A stretch of DNA of 64,000 nucleotides. Origin: Peribolospora baueri. Lineage: Eukaryota. Below are positions 15,297-28,023 of the stretch, one piece after another (the first letter of the stretch is position 1; every line of letters begins with the position of its first letter). The notes beneath the pieces were generated by a model, which had not been told where the DNA came from, searched no databases, and saw only the letters and a program-made list of their open reading frames with translations. Made by a program: the position numbers and the translations under genes. The stretch covers positions 62,001 through 126,000 of the forward strand of contig JAMDHS010000010.1 of assembly GCA_029717555.1 (NCBI GenBank), in the 5' to 3' direction.

Positions 15297-18200
15297 ATGT
15301 CTGCCTTCATCAAGCAAAAGCTCAAGCAGGCCAGGGACGCGTTGGGGAAGAAGGAGTATGCTGTTGCCGAAGACGCTGCCAAGGAGGTATTGGATTATGA
15401 GAAGGACAACTACAATGCGTGAGTGCTCCTTTCGCACTGGCGGTAGACTTGAACGGACCGCCCGATCGCCCTGGAAGCTTGGGCGTGCACTGGACGAAAC
15501 GGGCAAGGCCACCTCCTGACCAATGACTACTGAACGTCACGATAAACAGTCTCGTCTTTCGAGGTCTTGCTTTGCTAAATCTAGAGCGATTTGATGAGAG
15601 CGAAGACTCGTACCTCAGGGCGACGGAGGTCCAACCCAGTCAACCGCTGGCGTGGCAGGTCAGTGATAGCGCTAGCTGACCACTCTTATACACATATGGC
15701 TAGTGTCATACTGTGGTCCACGACTCAAACTCCAGTCCGTCTTTGTTGCTCTTATTTAGGGACTTGAAAAATTTTACGAGTCAAGGAAGCAGTGGGACAA
15801 GCTTGGCACTATCTTCCAAAAGCAGATGGACATGTTTGCCGCGAGGTAGGTCAAGCTTTCCTTTCCCTTCGCGGCCTCCGCTACAGCAATGCCGCTGACA
15901 ATCGAAATCTTATTACATGCTCATTATGTATCCATTACCAGCGAGGACGCGACCAAGACAGCTGAAGTTCTTCAGAAGTACATTACCTTGCGCAGGGAAC
16001 ATGGGAGCAAAGAGGAGGTAAGAATTACACCAAGGCTCTGAAAGATTCGCACGATATCTGATATTTAACCCGGTCTTGTTGCAAAGGTTATTGCTGCTCT
16101 GCGGCTTCTTCTGCCATCATCCTCTTGGAGCCCGCTGCTTTCCACTCTCCCAGCCCCAGATCAGACTAATCCCAACTCCACAACGACTTTCACCGTCCAA
16201 ATGGCAATTCACGTCGATTCCCTTTCCATCCTTCTTGAAGTAGTCCAACTGCAAGAGAAGTTGGAGGAGGAGGCGGTGGACAAGGAGGTTCAGCGACGAA
16301 GGATGAGGTTGGACGGTGCAGGGAAATCTAAGGAGCAGATTCGGCGGGAGGTCGGGCGGGAGGTTTGGAGTGCGTCGGCATTACCGGAGCTTTGGAACGA
16401 GGTGCTCAATCACCCTTCAGCGTCTGATGAGCTGCGACGATCGACCGAGTCGAAACTCCTTCGTCACAGCTATCAGCTTTTCGTCGCCTTACCGCCAGCT
16501 TCCGCTTCAAATGTTCAGGAGAAAGGGGAGAAAGGCTCCACTGCAAAGCAGCCCCGGAAAGCCGAGGTATTGGAGTCTTTGCAGGCCCTCTCCCGTGGCA
16601 TGGTCATCCTCAACCTGCCGGACGAGCTGGCGTGGATCATTCAACTGGAATGGCAGGACTGTGAAGATTTAGGTGAGTGGCCACGCTTTTCCAAACATTC
16701 GCATGGAATTGATTTCACATGACTGTTTGCGCTCGCGTAGATGATTATCCTAAGGACACCCTTCGCCGATTTGTCGACATCTTCCCCGATAGCGGACGCT
16801 CCAAAGCCATCAATGCGTATTTCCGGGCTTTTGGGATCGATCAGCAGGTGGGCCGCGATGGTGAGAAGGTAGATGATGTGACGGCCGAAATTGCTGTTGA
16901 GGATCAGGAACTAGAGGCCGAGACGGATCCACTAGACGTATCTATCGTGAGCATCGTCTTTTACGTACCTGTTCGGCTTCGGCACGTCGCATTCTCTGAA
17001 TTTCTTCCATCGGCTCGCACAGGACGGTCTCAAGCAAGCTCCGGACTCTTTGCTCGCACAACGCACCGTTAGCGAGCTGTACCTGCGCGATGGGGATTGG
17101 GCTAACGCAGTCGATGTGTCCAGGGAAGCGCTGCGGACGATTGCCAAGCTGGAGCGCGAAACGGGTTTGGACTTCAGCAGGTAAATAGATTTGAAGTAGG
17201 TTCTCAGGGTATTGACTGAGATATGCATAACTCCTCACCGTCCTTAAATTTTCTTTCTCTCTCTAGGTCCAAACAAGGCTTGACGACGACGCTCTGCACA
17301 TCTCTTGTGCACTTACACCCTCCTCAACATCACGCTGAAGCAAAGCAACTGGCCGAATTGATCCTATCTCGCTCGCCGAGGCATGTCAAAGCCCTCCTCG
17401 CCACGGGCTACATCAATGAGGCAGCCAAACAATGGGAGAAAGCTTTGGAATCTTTCCGACAAGTCGCCGAGCTGGATGGTAGTTTGAGTCTCGACGGGAG
17501 GGTTCCGTCCCAACTCCCACCTGGCTTGGAGGCTCGCGGAGAGATCGCTTGGTGCCATATGATGGCTGGGAGGATGGACGAAAGTCAAATTCAACTAGAT
17601 GATCTCTCCCGTTTGCTCGATGATCTCTCCCCCGATGGCTTGAAGGATCAGCGCGCGAAGACATGGTGGAGACTCGGCAGGTGCTGGTGGGACCGAAGAG
17701 GTCAGTTCAGGACAGATCGTGTGCCAAAAGGCATATTGATACATGTGCTCACTTTCGATTACGTTTATCTCGTAGCTGAAGATCCAGCTCATTCTGCAGA
17801 GAGCTATACCTGCTTCATCGCTGCGCTGAAGCGATCGCCGTCTTTTGCCCCAGCCTTCACGTCCTTGGGCGTCTACTACCTGGAGGCCGTCTCTCCCCCA
17901 GACCACGCACGAGCGTCGAAATGCTTCCAGAAAGCTTTCGAACTGGATGCGAGGGAAGACGAGGCCGCTCGGCGGCTGGCGGAAGGGTTCGCGGAGGACC
18001 GGGAATGGGACCTTGTGGAGGTCGTTGCCAGGCGTGTGGTAGAAGGCGAGGGCGGAGGCAACATTCTTGGAAAGCCTAAATCCTCGGGGAGGTATTTGTC
18101 TAAGAATGCGTGGGCTTGGAAGGCGATCGGCGCGGTAGAACTGGTGAGAACCACCTAAATTCCTCTCTCTGTATGGTGCTGTCGTATTACTGGACTCCCT

Positions 18201-21159
18201 TTGCTAACGACCAAACCACTTGATCACGTCCGGCAGACGCGAGGCAATGTCACGTCTGCCATTCAAGCATTCCAGATTGCACTCCGAGCAGACCCTGATG
18301 ATGCGACGAGCTGGATGCGGCTGGGTGAAGCGTACGTCAAGTCAGGCCGGCAAATGGCCGCACTGAAGGCGTTGACACGAGCCGAAGAGCTTGCACCGGA
18401 CGACTGGCTCGTCAAATACAGCATCGCCGATGTTCAGAAGCAGCTCGGACTATTCGACAGGGCCACCGCCATACTCGAACGGATTCTGGCGGACAGGCCG
18501 GACGAGCTGGGGTTGAGAGTGGAACTTGCGAGCGCTAGGCTTGCTCAGGCTGAAGACGAGTTCCGGACAGGTTATGTGGGCCGATCTGAGGCTTCATTGG
18601 CTGTCGCTCTTGCTCAGGCGTCGAAAGCTCTGAGAAGCAACAAAGACCTGCGCTCGGCCTGGAAGATCGTAGGCGATGCCTGCTTTATGTTGTCCAACTT
18701 CGGCACCCTGAAAGAGCAAACCGCCTTCATCACGGCAATTGGCGAGCTGCTTGGCCTGTTGGATAAGGGCGATGTCGACTCCAGGTTGGGCTTCAGCCGG
18801 TTCAAGGCAGATAGCAGAGTTGGCGCCCTCTTCTTCAGCGATGCGGCTGTTCAAGTCTTCAAATACCGAGTCTTGATCACCATGGACGAAGCAACCACAG
18901 CTGCGCCGGCGTGGCACGACCTCTCCAGCGCGCTCTTCCAAATACGACAACAATTTCTCAAGTCACCCGGCCGTGAGGCAGATGCTGGGGTGGCTCTTCG
19001 CCAGGCCATGCGCAGTATCAAACAGGCTTTAGTTTTGGACCCTCGCAACGATGCGCTGTGGCTCACCTTGGGCAACTTGACATACGATTCGAGCGCGAGA
19101 CTCAGTCAGCATGCGTATATCAAGGCGATCGAGTGCAATCCTAAGGTATGTCAATTATCGGGGCCGATTCTTCCTCCATCCGACGACTGCCTGACTCTTA
19201 TTGCCATTTGTCTATTCGATCTCTTTAGAGTCCTGTGCCTTGGACGAGCTTGGGGTTCTTGTACATGAATAATGGCGACGAGAGACTTTCCAACGAGGCA
19301 TTCTTGAAGGCCCAGGTTTTGGATCCGGAGTGGGCTCCAGCTTGGACGGGACAAGCGCTTCTGGCCAGGAAGAACGGTGACATGGCCGAGTCGCGAGCCC
19401 TGTTTGAGCACGCGTTCCAACTTTCAGGCGGTGCGGTAGTGAGTTGTTAATCTGATTCTTCTCTGCCGGCGTCTGTGCATCCTAACAATTCCATCTCTTT
19501 CGGACAGCTTGAAGCAGATTACGGCTTCGCCACTTCGAGTTTCTCCATGTTCGATCCTCGGACCACCAGAGTACCACCATCATCTCTCCTTCATGCTCCG
19601 TCATTCGCCCTGACAGCATATCTTGCCCGCTCACCAGACGACCCAACCGTGTTGCACCTTTCAGCTCTCCTTTGCGAACGGCTCGCTCAAGCGGACCTGG
19701 CGGAGGGCAGGCTCGCCAAAGCAACGGCTCTGCTCGAGCAAAAGTACGAGGCGACCGAAGACCCAGACACCGCCTTCAAATATGCCATGGCCAATTCGAA
19801 CCTTGGCCGCGTAAGATTGTCGATGGGCAACCTCTCCGGCGCCATGGAGGCGTTTGAAACCGTGTTGAGCCTCGTCGAGCCTCATGGATCGTCAGATGGA
19901 GAGACGCCGTCAACGTCGGTGAGCGCAGCTCTGCGTCTCCAAGCTCACTTCTGTTCGGGCATTGCCCACTACGGCTCGGGCGCGCCGGACGGGTATCAGC
20001 GCGCTCTCGAGTCTTTTCAGGCAGCTATCGACGAAATGGAGCATACGACGACCACGACCTCAACAGCGGTGTCGAGAAACTCTAGGGCGCACGTTGCGGT
20101 GTTGTTAGCAAAAGTGCTCTGGGCCATGGGTGGCGAAGAGCAGAGGGAGGTGGCGAAGAATCAGCTTCTGGAATGGTGAGCGGATTTTTTATGAAATGGA
20201 CTCGGTGTCCAGCAGCGTCGCTGACACGCGGCTGCGTAATGTGTCTCCTCTCCATTAGCATCGCCCAAGACCCAGACTGCCTGCCAGCCATCACGGCACT
20301 GGCCGCCATTGGCATTGTCTCCTCGGACGAGCAACTCGTGGAGGCTGCGCTCTCAGAGATCCAAAACCTCTCTGTGGAGGACAAGACGACGCTGGATCCG
20401 GCGCACGACGTCGACCACCTTGTGGCCATGCATCTTTTCAAAAAGGTGAGACACTCTCCGCCAGCGGCGCTCCGTCTTCTCGGCTGGCTACCCTCTCTTG
20501 CGCTTGAAAAGGTGGTGGTTTCTGACGAGGTGGAGCTGCTGCGGTTTGCGTTCCCGTAGAACGCCCCGGCCGAAGCGGTATCAAAGCTGGCACATGTCGT
20601 CCGTGTATTGCCCATGCAGTCCCAAGCACGCCTAGCCCTCGCTGCCGCACTGATCCAAAGCTCCGTCGGCGGCGGCGGCAGCAAGGCAGGGGAAGAAGAA
20701 GATGGGGAGGAAAAGTTGGCCATGGCGCGTAAGATGGCCTTGGCCGTCGTGGAGGCTGCCACGATCTCGACGTCGGCGGCGACGACGACGACGGACGAAA
20801 CTGGACGAGCAGAGCGGGGCGACGCGTGGAGACTTGCTGGAATCGCGGCGGCCCTGTCGTCGTCGTTGTCGTTGTCGTCGTCCGCAGGGGGAGCGACGGA
20901 AAAGGAGAAGGAGGAGGAGGAGGGGGACGTTGTTGGAGAGCCCGTGTTGGCGTCGGAGGCAGCGGACGAGATGGACGGGAACGCGGCCGAAAACGGGGGC
21001 GGGGAGGGACTCCTTCGCCGTCGGCCTCGCCCTCGGCCTAGCCTTGCCGAAGCGGTCCGGTGCACGCAGAGGGCGGTTCACACGTCCCCGTGGGAGGTCT
21101 CCAACTGGGAAGCGCTCGGATTCGCAGCGCTGTCTGCTCCTGCTCCTGCTCTATCTTGA
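15297..21159 (+). CDS. SKI3: Superkiller complex TPR subunit Ski3 (TTC37)
   Basis: N-terminus MSAFIKQKLKQARDAL…DNYNA; TPR repeats including FAPAFTSLGVYY…RASKCFQKAFELDA, NAWAWKAIG, FQIALRADPDDATSWMRLGEAYVKSGR, QRAVHTSPW; many GT-AG introns. Confidence 0.9.
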
Positions 21160-22086
21160 AGCTCGGATCGAGAAAAGGCGCCATGCGCGGACCGGATAGA
21201 TAGATGGGGTCGGGGAAAAGCAAAGCGATTTCACTTTCCTTTGACCGCTTGAGCATTGCGTGCACGTACGTACGTTAACGTGGAACCAGAAAAAGAGAGG
21301 GGGCACCCCAAAGGGAGTTGGAGTTGGATTGGACGAGAGGAGAGGAGAGCGGACCAGAAGGAAGTAGGGGTTGGGGGGAGGGGGGGGGGAGGGGTTTGGG
21401 GGGGGGGCGATTGAACTACATGTGGTCATGGTCGATGGACGGACGAGTCGAAGGAATTTGAGCAATACTACTACTTTGAGACGGGATGGGGATGGGACGG
21501 GATCGCAGGACGAGTGAGACGGAGAAGACAAGGACCGAACAGAATTGGGCATGACGGGGCGAGGGCGAGAGAAGAGAGGCGTGGAGAACGAAGCGAAGCG
21601 AGAAGTGAAACGGCAAGAGATGTAAAGGGAAGGGGGACGAGGGAGAAGGAAGAAGAAGGACACAAGAAAGGGGTTGGTTGTTCCAACCGAACCGAACCGG
21701 AGCACAAACGACGTCGAAAAGGGGGGGTAAGGTAACGGAGAGAAAAGGAGGGGGGGGGACGAAAGGATAAGGTTTCGTGGGGAGGAGAGGGAGGAGGACG
21801 CTGTTAGAAACCTTTACGTGAGCGGGGACCGATTAAAAGGTGGAGGGCGAAAAAAAAGGGGGGTCCTTTGAGGAGAGAGAGAGAAAGGAAAGCGCAATCC
21901 CAAGCTCGCAGCGCAGCAGCGACGCACTCGGGCTCAGCAGACGGCGAGACGGCGACAAGCCCGCTGGGTGTCGCCGAAACAGCAGCCGCAACCGAAGCTG
22001 AGATTGAAAATCGAAGTGGAAGCCAGGGTCGGGGATCGCGGTCGGGGTCGACGAAGGCGGGACGCGCGCGCGCGCAACACTAGAGT

Positions 22087-24531
22087 CTAGCCGTTCGTGA
22101 CGCCGAGGCCCTTGAGCTCGGAGGCGAGAACGGCGCCGGCGGAAGTCTGGGCCTGCTGCCGGTCCCCCGCGTCCTTACCGGCGTCCTTACCGACGGCCGG
22201 CCTCCCCGGTCCGAAACCGCCACCGTCGGCGCCATAGGCCGAAGCGGGCGAGACGGGACTGGCGGGCCCATCAAAGGCAACGACGGGCGAAACGGCAGCG
22301 GAAGCGGTCTCGCTGGCCTTGTGGATCACGTCGTCAAAGGCGAGCGTCTCGGTCTGGCTCTCGTTGAGTAGGTCGGCGTAGCTGAAGAAGCTCAAGCGGT
22401 GGTGAGCGGGTGCGTGGGACGCCTCGTCGCCTGCCGCCGCCGCCGCTCGCGTCGTCGGCGGCGCCGGACCAGAGACGACGCGCGGACGCGGCTGGGCGGC
22501 AGCGGCGCGAGGTCGGGCGTTGACAGCGGCGAGGTCTTCTTGCTCCGGTGCTGTTTCTCCGGCGGAATCGACGGGAGATCCGAGCTCCGGGGAGGGCAGG
22601 TTGAACGACGCGGGCACGGTGGCAAACTGAGGCGACCACGCCGCAGAGGAAGAAGGACCGGGGCCGGTGCCGGCGCCGGTGGCGGTGGTGGTGGCGGTGG
22701 CGGTCTGTCCCGCTTCTTCGGTGAGGCCGAGCAAGCTGGCGTTGAGCGTAGCGGCGTGAGCTTGGCCGACGACGGCGCCGTCGATGCTCAGGCTCGTGGG
22801 TCGGCTCCCCGCGGCGGAGGCGACGCCGCTGTTGCTGAGTGCGGGCGAGGCGCTCTGGACGGGAGAAGCGGAGGCGGAGGCGATGGTGTTGGCCACGTAC
22901 GAGGGCGAGGAAGGGCGGTGCGGGTCGGGCAAGGTGAGAGACGTGACCGCCGGGACGGAGGGCGAGCGCGGGTGATGATGATAAACCCGGCTTTGACCTT
23001 GACCTTGACCCTGACCCTGACCGGCGCCCTTTTCGGTCGAGACGAGGGGAGAAGTGGAGGAAGAAAAGGCGAGGGAAGTAGTGCGCGAATGCGAAGCGGG
23101 GCTCTGCGTTCCAGCAGCTCTCGGAGACGCTTCGCCGGGAGGTAATTTACCAGCGAGCGATCCGCGGACAGGGCTCGTTGCGCGACCGAATCCGACCGGA
23201 AAAGGTGCGGGCCGGCCCGGGCTCCTCGACCTAAAGCTGGCGACCGAAGAACCGTCGGAGCCTACGCTGCGATGGCCGATCGGGGAACCGACGGCCTGCT
23301 GCTGCCCGTGCCCGTGTCCGTGCTGCTGCTGCTGCTGCTGTTGCTGATGATGTTGTTGTTGTTGTTGAGAGGGCGAGCCGACGTGGTGGACGGCGGCGTA
23401 AGCGAAAGGGTCGCCAGCCACCCAGCCGGCCACGCTGGCCTCCTTCGCGGCTGGGGTGAGGTCGCCAGAGGCGGCAATGAGCTGGGCCACATTCGGCATC
23501 GTCGGCGCAACGACCGGCGCGCCGCCCGCTCCGTCCGAGAGTGCCGAAGCTGGTGGCGAGGGCGGATGAGAGGGCGAAGGGGAGCCGACGGGCGAAGCGA
23601 GTTGGGCCAAGTGGGAGAGATTGGAAAGAGTGCCGGCCATGGCGGGAGCCGGAGCGATGATCTCGAGGTTCTGCGGCGCGAAAGAGTGAGAGTCAGGGCC
23701 ATCTTAAGCGGGCGAGCCGGGCGGGTATTTTCACTTTTTTTTTAGCCTTTTCCACTCCGCCGGCCTGGCGCCCACTTGCCCACTCCAACATTGACTCACC
23801 TCCTCGCCGTCCTCCTCCGCGAGCGCCTCCACGGCATCGTCCAAGACGGTAGGAATGGCTAGGTCGGTGGCCTCCTGAGCGGTGAAGACACGCCCTGCGT
23901 CGCGGTGCTCGACATCGCGCTCGAAGATGCTCGCGCTGTCCGCCGTCGTCGCGCCGTCTCCGCCGACGCTGGAGTGGGCGTCGCCGTAGGCGGAGCCGGG
24001 TGCGCCGGCCGAGGTGGATCCAGGGGAGCCGGGGATGGCAAAGTGGGGGTGGGAGTGGGAATGGAAGTGGGAATGAGAGCGAGAGTGGGAAAGGAAGGGA
24101 GAGTGGGTGGGGGAGGAGGGGTGGGTGGAGGAGAGGGAGGTCAGAGCGGCGGCGTGGAGTGGCACGACGTGAGCGGAGGCGGGGGGAGAGTGGGGTCTGC
24201 TCGGTGGGTTGCTCCTCCTCCCTCCGGAGGATTTGTTGGGAGACTGGGGAGACTGGCTTCGAGCCTTGGTGGTCGCCGCGGCTGTGGTGGTGGTGTTGGT
24301 CGTCGGCGGCACTCCAGGGGCGTGAGCCTTGAGGGGCAGGGCTGCGACGGCGGTGGTGAAGGGCTTGTAGCCATCGGTGGGACTGCTTGGAGCGCCGCTG
24401 CTAAGAGGGCTGGTGCCAGCGGTGCCGCTGGACATGACCTCTTCGGGATCGCCCCTGTCGTTCTCGGACCAGACGGTCTCGGACATGGGCGACGGAGCGG
24501 CGGAGAGACCGGAGGCGGGGGAGAGAGACAT
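22087..24531 (-). CDS. Uncharacterised, mostly disordered Ser/Pro/Ala-rich protein
   Basis: Two exons (24531-23800, 23670-22087) join in frame as EEDGEE|NLEIIAP; ordered islands SIFERDVE, IPTVLDDAVEAL and HRLSFFSYADLLN. Confidence 0.75.
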
Positions 24532-26071
24532 GTCAACAGGGGCTTCGTGGTGGTAGTGGTGGTGGTGGTCGTCGTCGTTGCCGTCCGTCGTGGTCGTCGT
24601 CGCGGTCGCGGCGGGCTGTCGGCAGGGCGTCGGCGTCGAGGGTGATCGAGGGGTCTGTGGAGAGGGCGAATTGGAGTGTATGTAGAGGAGGGTGTCTTAG
24701 GTATGGGTCATGACCGGCCGATCGATGGAGATGGTGGGAGGAAGTGAAAGAGGATTGCGAAGAGGAGAAGAGATGAGATGAGCGACGAGCGACGATGGAC
24801 GGGATCGACGACGAGTCGCTGATAAGTTCGCCCGCCGACGATCTGCTGACGGCCACCGTTCTCTGTCTCTATCTCTGTCTCATCCAACTCATCCATCTCA
24901 TCCATCTCATCTCATCTCATCTTCGTCTCCATTTCCGTCCCCATCTCCATCTCCATCTCCATCTCCATCTCCACCCGCCTTGGACAGGTGACACCATCGC
25001 GCCGAATTCGACCAAGGATCGGCCCCTAACAGGAAACAGCCACCACCTCCCGTCCGTTCCTGCCAGCCACTCCCGCCCCACATCCCCGCCTCCCTCCGTC
25101 TGCGTCTGTCCGTTCGGCGGGTCGGAAGAAGGAAGGAAACATGTCTCACCGGTGCGCTTTAATTGCGGTGGGGGCCCGAAAGCGTCGTTGTCGTCGTCGT
25201 TGTCGTCGTCGTCGTGGACGCTGCACGCGAATGGACGCCGAGATGGCGATGGGGGCTCGGTCGGAGGAGGGAATGGAGGTGTGTGTGGGGTGTGGTGGGA
25301 GAAGCAGGGCTCGGTGGTGGTCGTTGTGTCGGTTGTGTCTGTCTGTCTCTCTCCGCCAATGCCAATCAGTCCACGTGGATCGACGGCGCTGTCTTTACGT
25401 TGACGTGGCCGCCCGTGGCTCGAGTGGAGTGGGAACGAGTGAGGGCGCGTGAGCAAGCGGAGCGCAGTGGCGTCATCGGCGGCGGCGGCGGTGCTGTCTG
25501 ATCGAGCAAGAGCCGAAATGAGCCAAGGCGAGGCAGCAAGCAAGGCAAGCAAGGCAAGGCAGACCAGACCAGACCGTGTCCCTTCTTCCTTCTTCCTTTT
25601 CGAGTCGCTCGGAGCCAGGCAGTCGTGTGTGTGCGTGCCCGTGCTCCGTCGTCGATGGGAGCCGAGCCGAGTGCCAACGGCGGAAGATGAGATGGGCTGT
25701 GTGTGGGCCGCCCGATCTCAAACCTCCCATCCACTTACATGCACCCTCATATCCACCCACCACACCGACCTGGCCCCCGCGTGCCGGGCCGGGATACAGT
25801 GCAAGCAAAAGAACAAAAGCCAAAAAGCAAAGCAGGCCTCGTCTGCGTCTCCATCTAACCCTCCCTTTCTCGTCCCGCTCTGCCCGCTCTTCTGACGTCG
25901 TCCGCGTCGCGCGACCCGCGATCTTATCATCCATCCTCTGCCCACGCATTCTCTTTAGCTAGCCGCTGACTCAACCGTCAAAGGAAAACGTCCAGAAAGA
26001 GTAGAGAGAGGAGCGAAGAAAGAACACGTCGCTCGCCCCTCTTCCTTCCCCTTTTTCTCCTTCTCCAGAAC

Positions 26072-28023
26072 ATGTTCTCTCGCCTCCGCCGCCTCAAGCT
26101 CCCCAACTGGCTGCCCTACCGCCCCTTCTTCCTCTTTGCTTCTACCATGTCCCCCTCTGACCTCCCCCAGCGCATTCGCACCGCCGCCGTCGAGCTGCCA
26201 TCCGTGTACGACTCGAGCTTCGCCGCCACCAACGACTTTGGCCAGGCGTTCGACGTTTTCGTCCGTGACTCTGCATCGCCCCGTGTCATCCTCATCGGCG
26301 ACGCCAGTCACGGAACGTCCGAGTTTTACGCCTCCCGCGCCGCCATCACCAAGCGCCTCATCGACATTCACGGCTACGACACCGTCGCCGTCGAGGCCGA
26401 CTGGCCCGACGCCGCCGCCATCGACCGCCATGTCAGACACAAGCCCCGCCCGTCCAAGCTCGAGGAAGCCACCGGACCGGCGTTCCAGAGGTTCCCCGGC
26501 TGGATGTGGAAGAACGAGGACGTGAAGGAGTTTGTCGAGTGGCTCAAGGAACACAACGCCCACGTCGAGCCTTCTCGTCGCGTTGCCTTTTTCGGTCTCG
26601 ACGTCAGTCTCCTTTTCTTCCCTTCCTCTCCGCGCCCCTCTCGCTGAGTTCGCCTTCGCGATCCTTGCCTCCGCTGCCGCTCGCTGAACGACGGACAACC
26701 GACGACGCAGCTCTACAGCTTGGACACGTCCATCAAAGCCGTCATCGACTACCTCGAGCGCGCCGATCCAGAGCTGGCCAAGACGGCCCGACAGAGGTAC
26801 GGCTGCCTGGCGCCGTACGCCGCCGAGCCGGCGCGGTACGGCGCCGTGGCGCTTGGAAAAGGTTTCGCCCCGTGCGAGCAAGGCGTCGTGGAGATGCTTA
26901 AGGATTTGCTCGCTAGGCGCCTCGATGACGTCCGTGACGACGCCCAAGCCGACGGCGAGGACGCCCTGTTCGACGCCCAATTGAACGCTCAGTTGGTCGC
27001 CGATGCCGAGGCGAGTTCCCCGAGTCCGTTTCCCTCTTCTCTGAGAGCGCTGACCGAACTCGCTTCCATGCCGCCTCCGATGCGTCGCACCGGTGCGGGA
27101 TTCGTGACAGAAATACTACCGTGCCATGTATTACGGCAGCGAAGAGTCGTGGAATCTGCGCGACACTCACATGTTCGCCACCCTTCTCCGTCTCCTCTCT
27201 CGGCCCAACCCCCCCACGCCCGGCCACGCGGGCACCCACAAGGCGGTCGTGTGGGCTCACAACTCGCACGTCGGAGATGCCCGACATACTGGCATGGGTC
27301 AGCGTAGGGGAGAGCTCAATATCGGACAGCTTTGCAAGGAGCGCTTTGGCGCCGGAGGCGCTTGTATCATCGGACACGGCACCCATACCGGCACCGTCGC
27401 CGCGGCGCACGAGTGGGACCAGCCCATGCAGGTCGGTCGGTGTTTCGCGGGCGATGATGGCTAGTCCCTCGCTCGCCTTGGGCGAGCACGACGAAGAACG
27501 CTGCTAACGAGCTTTTCTTTTTTTTTTTTCTTTTTCTTTTTTTTTTTTCTTTTTTTTTCTTTTCCCTTTCTTCGCCTCTCAGATCATGCCCGTCAACCCC
27601 TCGCGCTCGGACAGCTACGAGCGTCTGGCGCATGATACAAACTTGCCACGCTTCCTCCTCGACCTACGGCGAAAGGACGGGGACGGGGACGACAAGGAGA
27701 GGTCGTCGGTGCTCGACGCGCTCGCCGAGCCGAACCGCCTCGAGCGCTTCATCGGCGTCATCTACCGCCCGGAAACCGAACTGTGGAGCCACTACGAGCG
27801 CGCGTCCCTACCGCGCCAGATGGACGGCTATGTCTGGTTCGACGAGTCGCGCGCCGTCACCGCCCTCGGCGCCGTCAAGCCCGACGTCCCGCCGGAGAAG
27901 CAGGAGACGTACCCGTGAGTTCATCTGCGCCTGTTCTGTTTTTTGTTCTGCTCTGCACGCCGCCCGAATCGGGGCAGCTCACCATGTCCGCCTCCGTCCC
28001 ATGCATTCAGGTTCGGACTCTGA
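26072..28023 (+). CDS. Erythromycin esterase (EreA/EreB-like) family protein
   Basis: VILIGDASHGTSEFY, VAVEADWPD, FQRFPGWMWKN, GLD|LYSL, DAE|KYYRAMY…WNLRDTHM, VVWAHNSHVGDAR, GELNIGQL, ERFIGVIYRPETE…SHY, ETYP|FGL*; four introns; alternative start at 26147. Confidence 0.9.
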
